A DNA stretch of 64,000 nt, from the NCBI GenBank assembly GCA_949063825.1, contig CARSRA010000002.1, positions 1,571 through 65,570 on the forward strand. Reading direction: 5' to 3'. How positions within the stretch are numbered: position 1 is the first letter of the stretch; every line of letters starts with the position of its first letter. Made by a program: the position numbers and the translations under genes. The stretch is from an uncultured Candidatus Saccharibacteria bacterium. Lineage in GTDB: Bacteria; Patescibacteriota; Saccharimonadia; Saccharimonadales; Saccharimonadaceae. Under the pieces are notes generated by a model. That model saw only the letters and a program-made list of their open reading frames with translations, was not told where the DNA came from and made no database searches. Below, piece after piece: positions 1 through 9,211 of this stretch.

Positions 1-2
1 CG

Positions 3-1055
3 CCTATCGCAATTCGGCAGACGGCGGCAATGGGCGTAAAAACTAAAATGGTTACTGGCGATCATGCAGATACGGCTTATGCAATTGGTCGAGAGCTGGG
101 CTTAGCTGCTAGCCCGGACCAAGTTCTTGATTGCTCAAAATTAGGCAATATTACCGATGATGACCTAGTGAATATGGTGAGCGGAATTACGATTTTTGCG
201 CGGGTGACGCCAGAAGATAAGTATCGTATCTTGTCAGCAATCAAACAGACCGAGGTTTGCGCAATGACCGGCGATGGTGTTAATGATGTCCCAGCACTTG
301 TTGGTGCGCATGTGGGGATTGCAATGGGTGATAGTCCGTCGATCGTGCAGGATGCAGGCGATATTATTTTGTTGGATAATAATTTTAAAAATGTGACGGA
401 AGCAATTAGGGAAAGCCGCACGATACTTGTGAATATTCGGCGGATGCTGAGTTATTTGTTGGCGACAAATGCCGGTGAGGCTTTGACGATGATTGGCTCG
501 CTGGTGCTTTTTGGGAGTCAGATGCTGACACCGATCCAGATTTTATGGGTGAATATCGTCACTGATTCGCTAATGGTAATTCCAATCGGTTTGGAGCCGG
601 CTGAGCGACGGATTTTTAAGCAAAAACCAGAGCGTAAAGATGCGCCAATCCTATCGGGTAAGATGATTCGGCAAATGGCGCTAGTAGCTTTTGTGATGGC
701 GGTATTTACGCTTGCAACTTATGGGATTGCAGTACAAATATTGGGTAATACCGCGCAAGCGAATACCTTAGCATTTACGACTTTGGTCGTATTGCAGTGG
801 GCGAGCGCATTTTCATCGCGCGGGTTTTATGAGTCAGCTTTGGCGCGTTTGAAAGTTCCGCATCTCAGTTTTTGGTTAGCAATGGCAACTGCGGTGATCT
901 TGCAAATTGTCGCTTTGTCCGGTCCGCTGATGAAAATTACGAATACTGTGGCGGTGCCGATTTGGGCGATTTTGGTGGTAGTGACGATCTCGTTCTTTGG
1001 CTCGCTGACTATTTTTGAGATCTATAAGAAAAATCGAAGCAACTCAGCAGAGTAG
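3..1055 (+). CDS. Cation-transporting P-type ATPase, C-terminal part (5' truncated by window edge)
   Basis: MVTGDH, FARVTPEDK, MTGDGVNDVPAL and QILWVNIVTD motifs of type II P-type ATPases; frame open to window start. Confidence 0.92.
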   Translation, partial: PIAIRQTAAMGVKTKMVTGDHADTAYAIGRELGLAASPDQVLDCSKLGNITDDDLVNMVSGITIFARVTPEDKYRILSAIKQTEVCAMTGDGVNDVPALVGAHVGIAMGDSPSIVQDAGDIILLDNNFKNVTEAIRESRTILVNIRRMLSYLLATNAGEALTMIGSLVLFGSQMLTPIQILWVNIVTDSLMVIPIGLEPAERRIFKQKPERKDAPILSGKMIRQMALVAFVMAVFTLATYGIAVQILGNTAQANTLAFTTLVVLQWASAFSSRGFYESALARLKVPHLSFWLAMATAVILQIVALSGPLMKITNTVAVPIWAILVVVTISFFGSLTIFEIYKKNRSNSAE

Positions 1056-1227
1056 TTTCCGTGGCGATCTTGCGAGCTCTTGGTATAGTTTTCCACATCT
1101 AATGTTGTAAAAAATACATAAAATTATGATTATGATAAATATAGTAAATAACAGATACGAATATAGCTAAATTAGTGATAAAGTTGTAAAAAACACAACG
1201 TTTTTTGATGGGTTTTCCTGAAAACAC

Positions 1228-1256
1228 TTGCGCTTTAAAAAAGAGTACGTTACAAT
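1228..1256 (+). promoter_or_regulatory. sigma70-type promoter for candidate sRNA
   Basis: TTGCGC (1228-1233), 17-nt spacer, TACAAT (1251-1256). Confidence 0.6.
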
Positions 1257-1262
1257 TAACTC

Positions 1263-1361
1263 AGTTCGAAAGAACATAAGGCTAACTGCGAGCCAACTAC
1301 CAATAAGTTGAGAGCTTATATGTTCAAAAACCACCCACTTGTTAGGTTAGGGTGGCTTTTT
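1263..1361 (+). ncRNA. Candidate structured small RNA or attenuator upstream of rpoB (family unknown)
   Basis: Own promoter; stems GAACATAAG/CTTATATGTTC, GGCT/AGCC, CAACT/AGTTG; ends in terminator CCACCC...GGGTGG-CTTTTT. Confidence 0.45.
1326..1361 (+). terminator. Intrinsic terminator
   Basis: AAAAACCACCC-loop-GGGTGGCTTTTT. Confidence 0.65.
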
Positions 1362-1374
1362 GGTCTTAACCCTC

Positions 1375-1523
1375 TTGTTTTTTGAAATAAACTATGTATA
1401 ATGAGATATTAAGAAGTAGTGTGTGTTGTTTTTTCTGTGTGCTGGATCTGGCGAAATCCAGTACAAAATAACACAGTAATCTTCGGCGCTAAGATTATTA
1501 AACACTAAAAACGGAGAGGGAAA
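1375..1523 (+). promoter_or_regulatory. rpoB promoter and structured 5' leader
   Basis: TATAAT at 1397-1402; nested stems TGTGCTGGAT/ATCCAGTACA, TGTGTTGTTTT/AAAATAACACA, TAATCTT/AAGATTA; GGAGAGGG before GTG. Confidence 0.5.
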
Positions 1524-4500
1524 GTGGAGCAAGCATCAAAGGACCGCGTGTTTTTCACGGAAGGTGACCAAGCGCTTCCAATTCCAGATTTGACCGCACA
1601 CCAGAAGGACAGCTGGGCGGATTTTGTAAAATCTGGTCTTAAGGAAGTGTTTAACGAATTGAATCCGATCGATGACTACAATGGCAATAAGTTGTCGCTC
1701 AGGTTCAAAGATTATTACTTTAAGGAGCCAGTCGAGGACGAAAAAGCAGCAAAGCTGAATTTATCGACTTATGCGGCTCCGCTGCACGTGCAGGTAGAGT
1801 TGACGAATAAAGTAACTGGCGATGTCAGAGAGCAGGATATTTACTTTGGTGACTATCCTTGGATGACTGATCGCGCGACTTTCATTATTAACGGTACCGA
1901 GCGTGTTGTAGTATCGCAATTAGTGCGCTCGGCGGGTGTTTTCTTTATTGCGGACGAGATTAACGGTCGGAATTATTACGGCGCCAAGGTTATCCCAGGG
2001 CGCGGTGCTTGGTTGGAGTTTGAAACTACGACTAGTGGCTGTATTAATGTCAAGATCGATCGTCGTCGCAAGATTCCAGTAACAGCGTTCCTACGGGCAC
2101 TCGGACTAGGCAGCAACGAGAAGATCCTTGATACTTTTAAGGAAGTAGATAATGGCGCGATTAGCTATATTCAATCGACGCTTGATAAGGATATTACGAC
2201 AACGCAGGCTGAGGCTTTGCTTGAAGTTTATCGACGTTTGCGCCCGGGCGATCTCGCTACAGTAGACAACGCCAAGTCGATGATCGAGCATACGTTCTTC
2301 GACTATCGTCGTTATGATTCGTCGCGTGTTGGACGTTATAAGCTGAACCAGCGCCTTGGTTTCGATACGCCGAATGATGCCGCGCATCGCACTTTGCAAA
2401 TGAAAGATTTGATTGCGATCATTTCGGAAATAATTCGCCTTAATAATACCCAGGAACCGGCCGATGATATTGACTCGCTCAGTAATCGTCGCGTGAAATT
2501 GGTCGGGGAATTGGTGCAGCGCCAATTTAGACTTGGTATGCTACGTCTACAGCGCAATATTCTTGATCGCATGTTGATGGCAGATGCTGAGGAGGTAACA
2601 CCGTCGCAACTACTAAATTCACGTCCAGTAGTTGCTGCAGTGAAGGAATTCTTTGCTAGCTCACAGCTTAGCCAGTTGATGGATGAGGTGAATGGCTATT
2701 CGGAGCTTGCTCATAAACGTCGTCTATCTAGTATGGGGCCAGGTGGCTTGACGCGTGAACGCGCTGGATTCGACGTGCGCGATGCGCACCCAACACACTA
2801 TGGTCGTATTTGTACCGTTGAGACGCCAGAAGGTGGTAACGTTGGTTTGGTACTTAACCTTGCTACCTATGCCCGGGTAAATGAATACGGTTTCATCGAG
2901 GCTCCCTATCGGGTCGTAAAGGACGGTAAAGTGACTGATGAGGTAGTCTATGTTGATGCCGCTAGCGAAAATGATATGGTGATTGCGGATGCGAGCGTTA
3001 AGTTGAACGATAAAGGTGAATTTGAAGAGGAATGGGTTTCGGCGCGCGTGAAGGGTCGCCCTAGCCAGGTTGCTTCAAGCTTAGTAACTCATGTTGACGC
3101 CGCCCATAAAGAGATTCTTGGTACTTCAGCGAGTTTGATTCCATTCGTAGAGAAAAACCGTGTCGACCGTTCACTGATGGCTTGCGCGATGCAGAAGCAA
3201 GCTGTGCCACTGCTTAAGAATGATGCGCCGATCGTTGGTACTGGTATTGAACATGCTGTAGCTATGAATACTTCGCAGGCAATCGTTGCAGAGGATAATG
3301 GTGAAGTCATCAAGGCCGACGGTGTTTCGGTGATTGTTAAGTACGATAAACTTGGAGAAAAGGAATATCAGCTCGAACACTTTGAAAAGACCAACGATGA
3401 TCGTTGTTACAATCAGCGCGTAGTCGTAGCGCATGGTCAAAAAGTCAAGAAAAATGATATCTTGATTGAAGGCGCGAGCGTGCGTGGCGGTGAATTGGCG
3501 CTAGGTAAAGATCTATTAGTGGCATTTATGCCGTGGCGCGGTTACAACATGGATGATGCGATCGTGATCTCGCAACGTCTAGTTGAAGATGACTCTTTGA
3601 CATCAATTAATATCAAAGATTTTGACGTTGAAGTGCGCGAGACAAAACTTGGCCCAGAACAAGTGACGCGAGACATTCCAAATGTTCCGGAACGCAGTTT
3701 GCGTCACCTTGGCGAAGATGGTATCGTCGTAGTCGGATCGGAAGTTCAGCCTGGTGATATTCTAGTCGGTAAGATTACGCCGAAGGGTGAGCAGGAGTTG
3801 AGCTCTGAGGAGCGTCTACTACGCGCTATCTTCGGTGAAAAGGCAAAAGACGTGCGCGATACTTCTGTGCGAATGGATGGTTCGAGCACTGGCAAGGTTG
3901 TAGGTGTACGGGTCTATACTCGTGAGGAAGGCCACGAACTCAAAGCCGGTGTGTTAATGCAGATAAAAATCTATGTTGCCGAGATGCGTAAGATTAGCGT
4001 TGGTGACAAGATTGCTGGTCGACATGGTAATAAGGGTGTGGTGTCGCGCATATTACCGGTCGAGGATATGCCATACATGGAAGATGGTACTCCGATCGAT
4101 ATCTTGCTTAGCCCAATGGGTGTGCCAAGTCGTATGAACCTTGGTCAGTTGTTTGAAATTCACTTAGGTATGGCTGCGCGAGCCTTAGGATACAAAGTTG
4201 CAACCCCAAGCTTCAACGGCGTGCCGGATGAGAAGATTTCTGAAGAGCTTGAAAAGGCTGGATTTAGTCCGGATGGACGTGTGCAGCTTTATGATGGTTT
4301 GACTGGCGAGCCGTTTGATGGACGTACGTCGGTAGGCGTGATGCATATGCTAAAGCTTCATCATATGGTAGAGGACAAGATTCACGCTCGTTCGACTGGT
4401 CCGTACACGGCCGTGACGCAACAGCCACTCGGTGGTAAAGCACAAAATGGTGGTCAACGCTTCGGTGAAATGGAGGTGTGGGCACTGGAGGCCTATGGAG

Positions 4501-4922
4501 CTGCTACTGCTTTGCAAGAGATGCTTACGATCAAATCAGATGATGTCTACGGTCGTGCAAAAGCCTATGAAAGTATCATCAAGCGCGAACCGATTGAGGG
4601 TCCAAAACTTCCAGAAGGGTTCAACGTGCTAGTGAAAGAATTTCAAGGCTTAGCTCTAAAGGTGGATTTGCTTGATCATGGTAATTCGACGGATGCGGGG
4701 GAAGTTATCGAGAAGACGACGCGCGAGATCGAACATGCGCATGACGATCGTTTGATTTATGCTCGACATGGCGCCAGTATTGAACAAGCGGAAACTTTGG
4801 TCGACTTAGACGAAGAGGAAGCTGAAAAAATGTTAGATGACGAGGGGATGGAAATAACAGAGGCGGAAGATGTGGAAGCATCGGATGATGCAGATGCTCT
4901 CGACCTCGGAGAGGAGTTATAG
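1524..4922 (+). CDS. rpoB: DNA-directed RNA polymerase subunit beta
   Basis: GDKIAGRHGNKG, GGQRFGEMEVWALEAYGA, HKRRLSSMGPGG motifs. Confidence 0.99.
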   Translation: MEQASKDRVFFTEGDQALPIPDLTAHQKDSWADFVKSGLKEVFNELNPIDDYNGNKLSLRFKDYYFKEPVEDEKAAKLNLSTYAAPLHVQVELTNKVTGDVREQDIYFGDYPWMTDRATFIINGTERVVVSQLVRSAGVFFIADEINGRNYYGAKVIPGRGAWLEFETTTSGCINVKIDRRRKIPVTAFLRALGLGSNEKILDTFKEVDNGAISYIQSTLDKDITTTQAEALLEVYRRLRPGDLATVDNAKSMIEHTFFDYRRYDSSRVGRYKLNQRLGFDTPNDAAHRTLQMKDLIAIISEIIRLNNTQEPADDIDSLSNRRVKLVGELVQRQFRLGMLRLQRNILDRMLMADAEEVTPSQLLNSRPVVAAVKEFFASSQLSQLMDEVNGYSELAHKRRLSSMGPGGLTRERAGFDVRDAHPTHYGRICTVETPEGGNVGLVLNLATYARVNEYGFIEAPYRVVKDGKVTDEVVYVDAASENDMVIADASVKLNDKGEFEEEWVSARVKGRPSQVASSLVTHVDAAHKEILGTSASLIPFVEKNRVDRSLMACAMQKQAVPLLKNDAPIVGTGIEHAVAMNTSQAIVAEDNGEVIKADGVSVIVKYDKLGEKEYQLEHFEKTNDDRCYNQRVVVAHGQKVKKNDILIEGASVRGGELALGKDLLVAFMPWRGYNMDDAIVISQRLVEDDSLTSINIKDFDVEVRETKLGPEQVTRDIPNVPERSLRHLGEDGIVVVGSEVQPGDILVGKITPKGEQELSSEERLLRAIFGEKAKDVRDTSVRMDGSSTGKVVGVRVYTREEGHELKAGVLMQIKIYVAEMRKISVGDKIAGRHGNKGVVSRILPVEDMPYMEDGTPIDILLSPMGVPSRMNLGQLFEIHLGMAARALGYKVATPSFNGVPDEKISEELEKAGFSPDGRVQLYDGLTGEPFDGRTSVGVMHMLKLHHMVEDKIHARSTGPYTAVTQQPLGGKAQNGGQRFGEMEVWALEAYGAATALQEMLTIKSDDVYGRAKAYESIIKREPIEGPKLPEGFNVLVKEFQGLALKVDLLDHGNSTDAGEVIEKTTREIEHAHDDRLIYARHGASIEQAETLVDLDEEEAEKMLDDEGMEITEAEDVEASDDADALDLGEEL

Positions 4923-4923
4923 A

Positions 4924-7900
4924 ATGGCTTGGATGGATAATTTTATCAGCGCCAACGATTTTGACTCGATTAGGCTAAGTGTAGCCAGCAAAGAAGACAT
5001 CTTGGGCTGGAGCTACGGTGAAGTCTTAAAGCCGGAGACGATTAACTATCGTACTCAGAAGCCAGAACGTGATGGTTTGTTCTGTGAGCGTATCTTTGGG
5101 CCAACTAAAGATATCAACCCGCACGATAATAAGCTCAAAGGTGTACGCTCGCGTGAGGCAGCAGTAGATAAAGAAGGCAATCTAGTCACGAAGAGCATTT
5201 CGCGCCGCGAACGCATGGGGCATATTACCTTGGCGGCACCAGTAGCACATATTTGGTTTATGCGCGGCACGCCATCGGCTCTAAGTGTACTTTTAAACTT
5301 GACGGTTAAAAATATCGAGAAAGTGGTTTATTTTGCGTCATATTTGATTATAGATGCAAAAGATGAAGAGATTGCGACCAAGTTGCAGGATCTTGAGGCG
5401 CAGACCGTAGCTAGCCGCGAGGCAATTCGTGTACGCTATGAGCAGCTAACAGAAGATCAAAATGCGAATATTGCTGCTCTGGCTGACGAGCAGGCGAAAG
5501 AGACTGAGGCGCTTGAGGCTGATTATAATATGCGTAAGAGTGCGCTTGAGAGCTTGCAAAAAGGTGCAGTGATCTCGGAGCAGGCTTACCGTAGTCTTCC
5601 GGATGACTATGACGAATTAGTCGAAGTGGAAATGGGTGCAACCGCAATTAAGCGTTTGCTTGATGAGATTGATCTCAAAACGATGATTTCGGAGTTGCGC
5701 GAAGAAGCTGAAGATGCCAAAGGTCAAAAAGAGAAGAAACTAATGAAGCGCCTCAAGGTGCTCGAGGGCATGGAAGCAGCTGGGATTAAACCGATTGATC
5801 TGATTCTAACTGTCGTGCCAGTGATCCCGCCGGATCTACGTCCAATGATCCCGCTTCCTGGTGGTCGATTCGCGACGAGCGACCTCAATGATTTGTATCG
5901 TCGGGTAATTAATCGCAATAATCGTTTAAAGAAACTAGTAGAGCTAAATGCTCCAGCAGTGATTTGTCATAACGAGATGCGTATGCTCCAAGAAGCAGTT
6001 GACGCTTTGATTGACAACTCCGCCGTGCACGGTAGCCGTAGTGCAAATTCGACTAATGGTCGCCGTAAACTTAAGAGTATCTCTGATCTTCTCAAAGGTA
6101 AGCAGGGGCGTTTCCGTCAGAACTTACTCGGTAAACGCGTAGATTATTCTGGTCGTTCAGTTATTGTGGTTGGTCCAGAATTGAAGCTTAATGAATGTGG
6201 TTTGCCGAAATTAATGGCACTCGAATTGTTTAAACCGTTCGTGATTTCGCAATTGATCGCTGAGGATAAAGCTCCTAATATTCGTTCAGCGACCCGGATG
6301 ATTGATGCGGGCGAAGCAGTGGTTTGGGATGCGCTGGACGAAGCGATTAAAGGTAAATATGTACTCTTAAACCGCGCGCCATCGCTCCACCGCCTTTCAG
6401 TACAGGCGTTCCAGCCTAAATTGATCGAAGGTAAAGCAATCCAGCTTCATCCATTAGTAGCGAGTGGGTTTAACGCTGACTATGATGGTGACCAAATGGC
6501 GGTACACCTACCATTGTCCGAGGCTGCTCAAGCGGAAGCACGTGAGTTAATGTCGGCAAGCAAAAACTTACTCAAGCCGGCCGATGGTGCACCAGTGCTT
6601 GCAATTTATCAGGACGTGGTGCTAGGCTGCTACTATCTGACTTACAATAAGCCAGGAATTAAGGCTGATGAGATTAAGCCATATAGCTCGGTTTACGAAG
6701 CGGAGATGGCCTACGATCAGGGAGTTATTGAGTTGCAAACGCCGATTCGTGTGTTTGCGAAAGGGGAGATCCGTAATACTACACTCGGTCGTGTGATTTT
6801 CAATGAGATCTTGCCAAAAGATTATCCGTATGATGATTCGGTACAGAATAGCAAGCAGCTAAAGCGCGTAATGGCGAATATTTTCGATAATTATGGTACT
6901 GAAACGACCGTAAAGACGGCTGATGCTATGAAGAATCTTGCTTTCGAGTATGAGACAATCGCGTCAATCTCGACCGCAAAGGGCGATTATCCAACTTATC
7001 CTGAAATCGATGATTTTATTGCGGCGGGTGATGCCAAGACGGCTTTGATCCAGGAACAGTTCGATCAGGGTATGGTAACTGAAGAAGAGCGTTATAAATT
7101 AACCGTGAATAACTGGCGTGATATCGATAAGCAGATCTCGGACTTCCTGAAAAGTAAGCTAGCCGAGATGGATACGGATATTGCTGTGATGGTAAACTCT
7201 GGAGCGCGTGGTTCGATTTCGAATATTAAGCTTGCGAGTGCCGAGATCGGTATTATGGTTGATATTAATAACAATGAGATCGAGCTTCCAGTCAAGAGTA
7301 GTTACAAGAAAGGTCTTAATACACTTGAGAGCTTCATCGCGACGCGAGGTGCACGCCAAGGTCAGGTTTCGACGGCGCTACGTACTGCCGACTCTGGCTA
7401 CCTTACTCGTCGTCTTGTTGACGTAGCTCAAGATGTCTTTACGACTGACGAAGAGGCCGAAGATCCAGGTTTTGCAGTATTACGCGAAGAATCTGATTAT
7501 ACTGGGATTGGTTTTGCGGCGCGTTTGGCTGGACGTTATGCGGCGGAAACGGTGCCAGGTTATATTGATGCTGGTGAGTTAATCTCAAATGAAACCGCAG
7601 CTCAGATCGAAGCAGACGATAAGATTGACAGTGTTAAGATTCAATCTGTTCTTACTACTACGGCGGTGAGCGGAGTTCCACGCAAGAGTTATGGTGTTGA
7701 TATGTCGACCCGTGAATTGGTCGAGGCACATCAGCCAGTAGGCGTAATTGCTGCTCAATCGCTTGGCGAGCCAGGTACACAGTTGACCTTGGATACGAAG
7801 CATGGTTCGGGTGTGGCAGGTTCTGGTGCGATTGCTCGTGGTCTTCCGCGTGTCGAGGAGTTGCTCGAAGCTCGTACGCCAAAGGGTCAGGCTTATGTTA

Positions 7901-8793
7901 CTCCGATCGACGGTGTTGTGACGGTTTTCGAAGAGAATAATAAATATGTCGTTACGATTACACCGGAAGCCGGTGAGACTCTGCGTCTAGAATTGGACGG
8001 TCGCAAGGCTAAAGTTAAGGACGGCGCGAGCGTACAGACGGGTGATGTTTTGGCTGACCGTGGTCGCGGTAAGGATCCGTTGATTTGTACCGTTGACGGT
8101 ATCGCTGAGTTGACGGAAAATGCGATCGTTGTGGTTGCCGGCGCTGGCGCAGCAGTACGCATGGAAGTTCCAGGGGATGCTGAGATCTTGGTCCACGATG
8201 GAGATAAACTGAAACAGGGTGATCGTATTACGACTGGGTCTTTGAATCTTCAAGATCTTTTGAAGTATAAGGGCGCTGAGGCTACTGCACGCTACATTAT
8301 GAATGATGTGACAGCGGTGTACGCGGCGCAGGGTCACGAGATCTCTGCTAAACACCTCGAGATTATCGTACGACAAATGTTTAGTCGCGTAATGATCGAC
8401 GAAGCAGGTGACTCGCAGTTTGTAGCCGGTGATATTGTCTCCAAGGCGGCAATCTTGGCCGAGAACAAACGACTTGAGGAGGCTGGTAAGGAACTTGCAA
8501 CTTACCAAAATCTATTGCTTGGCATCACTAAGGTGAGCATCTGGAGCGATAGCTTCCTGTCGGCGGCAAGCTTCCAGGATACTACGAGGGTTCTAATTAA
8601 TGCCGCGATTAATGGTCGGGTTGATCATCTGAACGGCCTGAAAGAGAACGTGATTATTGGTCGCAAGATCCCAGTCGGTACCGGCGTAACGCCATTGGAT
8701 GTGACGGATGCAATTGCGGATGAGCTAGAAGCTGAAACCGAGGATATGGAAAGTAGCGAAGAACCATCGGTTGAAGATATTGCTGAGATGTAA
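4924..8793 (+). CDS. rpoC: DNA-directed RNA polymerase subunit beta'
   Basis: KPETINYRT, GRFRQNLLGKRVDYSGRSVI, NADYDGDQMAVH; start moved to the ATG at 4924 just after the rpoB stop, with GGAG upstream. Confidence 0.99.
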   Translation: MAWMDNFISANDFDSIRLSVASKEDILGWSYGEVLKPETINYRTQKPERDGLFCERIFGPTKDINPHDNKLKGVRSREAAVDKEGNLVTKSISRRERMGHITLAAPVAHIWFMRGTPSALSVLLNLTVKNIEKVVYFASYLIIDAKDEEIATKLQDLEAQTVASREAIRVRYEQLTEDQNANIAALADEQAKETEALEADYNMRKSALESLQKGAVISEQAYRSLPDDYDELVEVEMGATAIKRLLDEIDLKTMISELREEAEDAKGQKEKKLMKRLKVLEGMEAAGIKPIDLILTVVPVIPPDLRPMIPLPGGRFATSDLNDLYRRVINRNNRLKKLVELNAPAVICHNEMRMLQEAVDALIDNSAVHGSRSANSTNGRRKLKSISDLLKGKQGRFRQNLLGKRVDYSGRSVIVVGPELKLNECGLPKLMALELFKPFVISQLIAEDKAPNIRSATRMIDAGEAVVWDALDEAIKGKYVLLNRAPSLHRLSVQAFQPKLIEGKAIQLHPLVASGFNADYDGDQMAVHLPLSEAAQAEARELMSASKNLLKPADGAPVLAIYQDVVLGCYYLTYNKPGIKADEIKPYSSVYEAEMAYDQGVIELQTPIRVFAKGEIRNTTLGRVIFNEILPKDYPYDDSVQNSKQLKRVMANIFDNYGTETTVKTADAMKNLAFEYETIASISTAKGDYPTYPEIDDFIAAGDAKTALIQEQFDQGMVTEEERYKLTVNNWRDIDKQISDFLKSKLAEMDTDIAVMVNSGARGSISNIKLASAEIGIMVDINNNEIELPVKSSYKKGLNTLESFIATRGARQGQVSTALRTADSGYLTRRLVDVAQDVFTTDEEAEDPGFAVLREESDYTGIGFAARLAGRYAAETVPGYIDAGELISNETAAQIEADDKIDSVKIQSVLTTTAVSGVPRKSYGVDMSTRELVEAHQPVGVIAAQSLGEPGTQLTLDTKHGSGVAGSGAIARGLPRVEELLEARTPKGQAYVTPIDGVVTVFEENNKYVVTITPEAGETLRLELDGRKAKVKDGASVQTGDVLADRGRGKDPLICTVDGIAELTENAIVVVAGAGAAVRMEVPGDAEILVHDGDKLKQGDRITTGSLNLQDLLKYKGAEATARYIMNDVTAVYAAQGHEISAKHLEIIVRQMFSRVMIDEAGDSQFVAGDIVSKAAILAENKRLEEAGKELATYQNLLLGITKVSIWSDSFLSAASFQDTTRVLINAAINGRVDHLNGLKENVIIGRKIPVGTGVTPLDVTDAIADELEAETEDMESSEEPSVEDIAEM

Positions 8794-8811
8794 TCGCGCT
8801 TCGATAAAAAC

Positions 8812-8845
8812 AAAAGAGATCCCCAATTTTCAGGGGGTCTCTTTT
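8812..8845 (+). terminator. Intrinsic terminator after rpoC
   Basis: AAAAGAGATCCCC-loop-GGGGGTCTCTTTT. Confidence 0.8.
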
Positions 8846-8916
8846 ATGAGAGGAGATTACTGCCTTTTGAGTCTTAATTCTTTTTGTCTGAGTTTCACCG
8901 TGTTATAATGATAAAT

Positions 8917-9204
8917 ATGGAAATTAATCAAGAAACTATAGCACACTTGGCTGAGTTGTCGAATTTTTCTTTGAGCGAGGAGGAGAGCCGACGTTTAGAG
9001 ACGGATCTTGCTGGAATTATAGATTATATCTCCCAATTAGACGAGCTAAATACTGAGGGGGTTGAGCCGACCTATCAAGTATTCGAAATGGAGAATGTTT
9101 GGCGTCCAGATGAAATTGAACCACAAGAAGCGGATCCGGATCAACTTTTGGCTTTGACAAAAGAAGTGCAAAATCATCAAATAAAAGTACCGAAAGTATT
9201 GTAG
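8917..9204 (+). CDS. gatC: Asp/Glu-tRNA amidotransferase subunit C
   Basis: IAHLAELS...LNTEGVEPT...IKVPKVL; precedes gatA; ATG 8917 lies 7 nt after TGnTATAAT. Confidence 0.93.
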   Translation: MEINQETIAHLAELSNFSLSEEESRRLETDLAGIIDYISQLDELNTEGVEPTYQVFEMENVWRPDEIEPQEADPDQLLALTKEVQNHQIKVPKVL

Positions 9205-9211
9205 GAGGGTG

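Noticed and set aside
2640..2760. Substitutions in the RpoB rifampicin-binding region (QLMDEVNGYSELAHKRRLSSM)
   Set aside because: Key Asp, His and Ser positions are retained; resistance cannot be inferred from sequence alone.
4870..4923. Longer upstream starts in the ORF track for rpoC (also gatC 8884, DHH 26334, 36519, 40848, rpiB 53722)
   Set aside because: Extensions overlap upstream genes or promoters and lack homology; downstream starts fit SD or -10 positions better.
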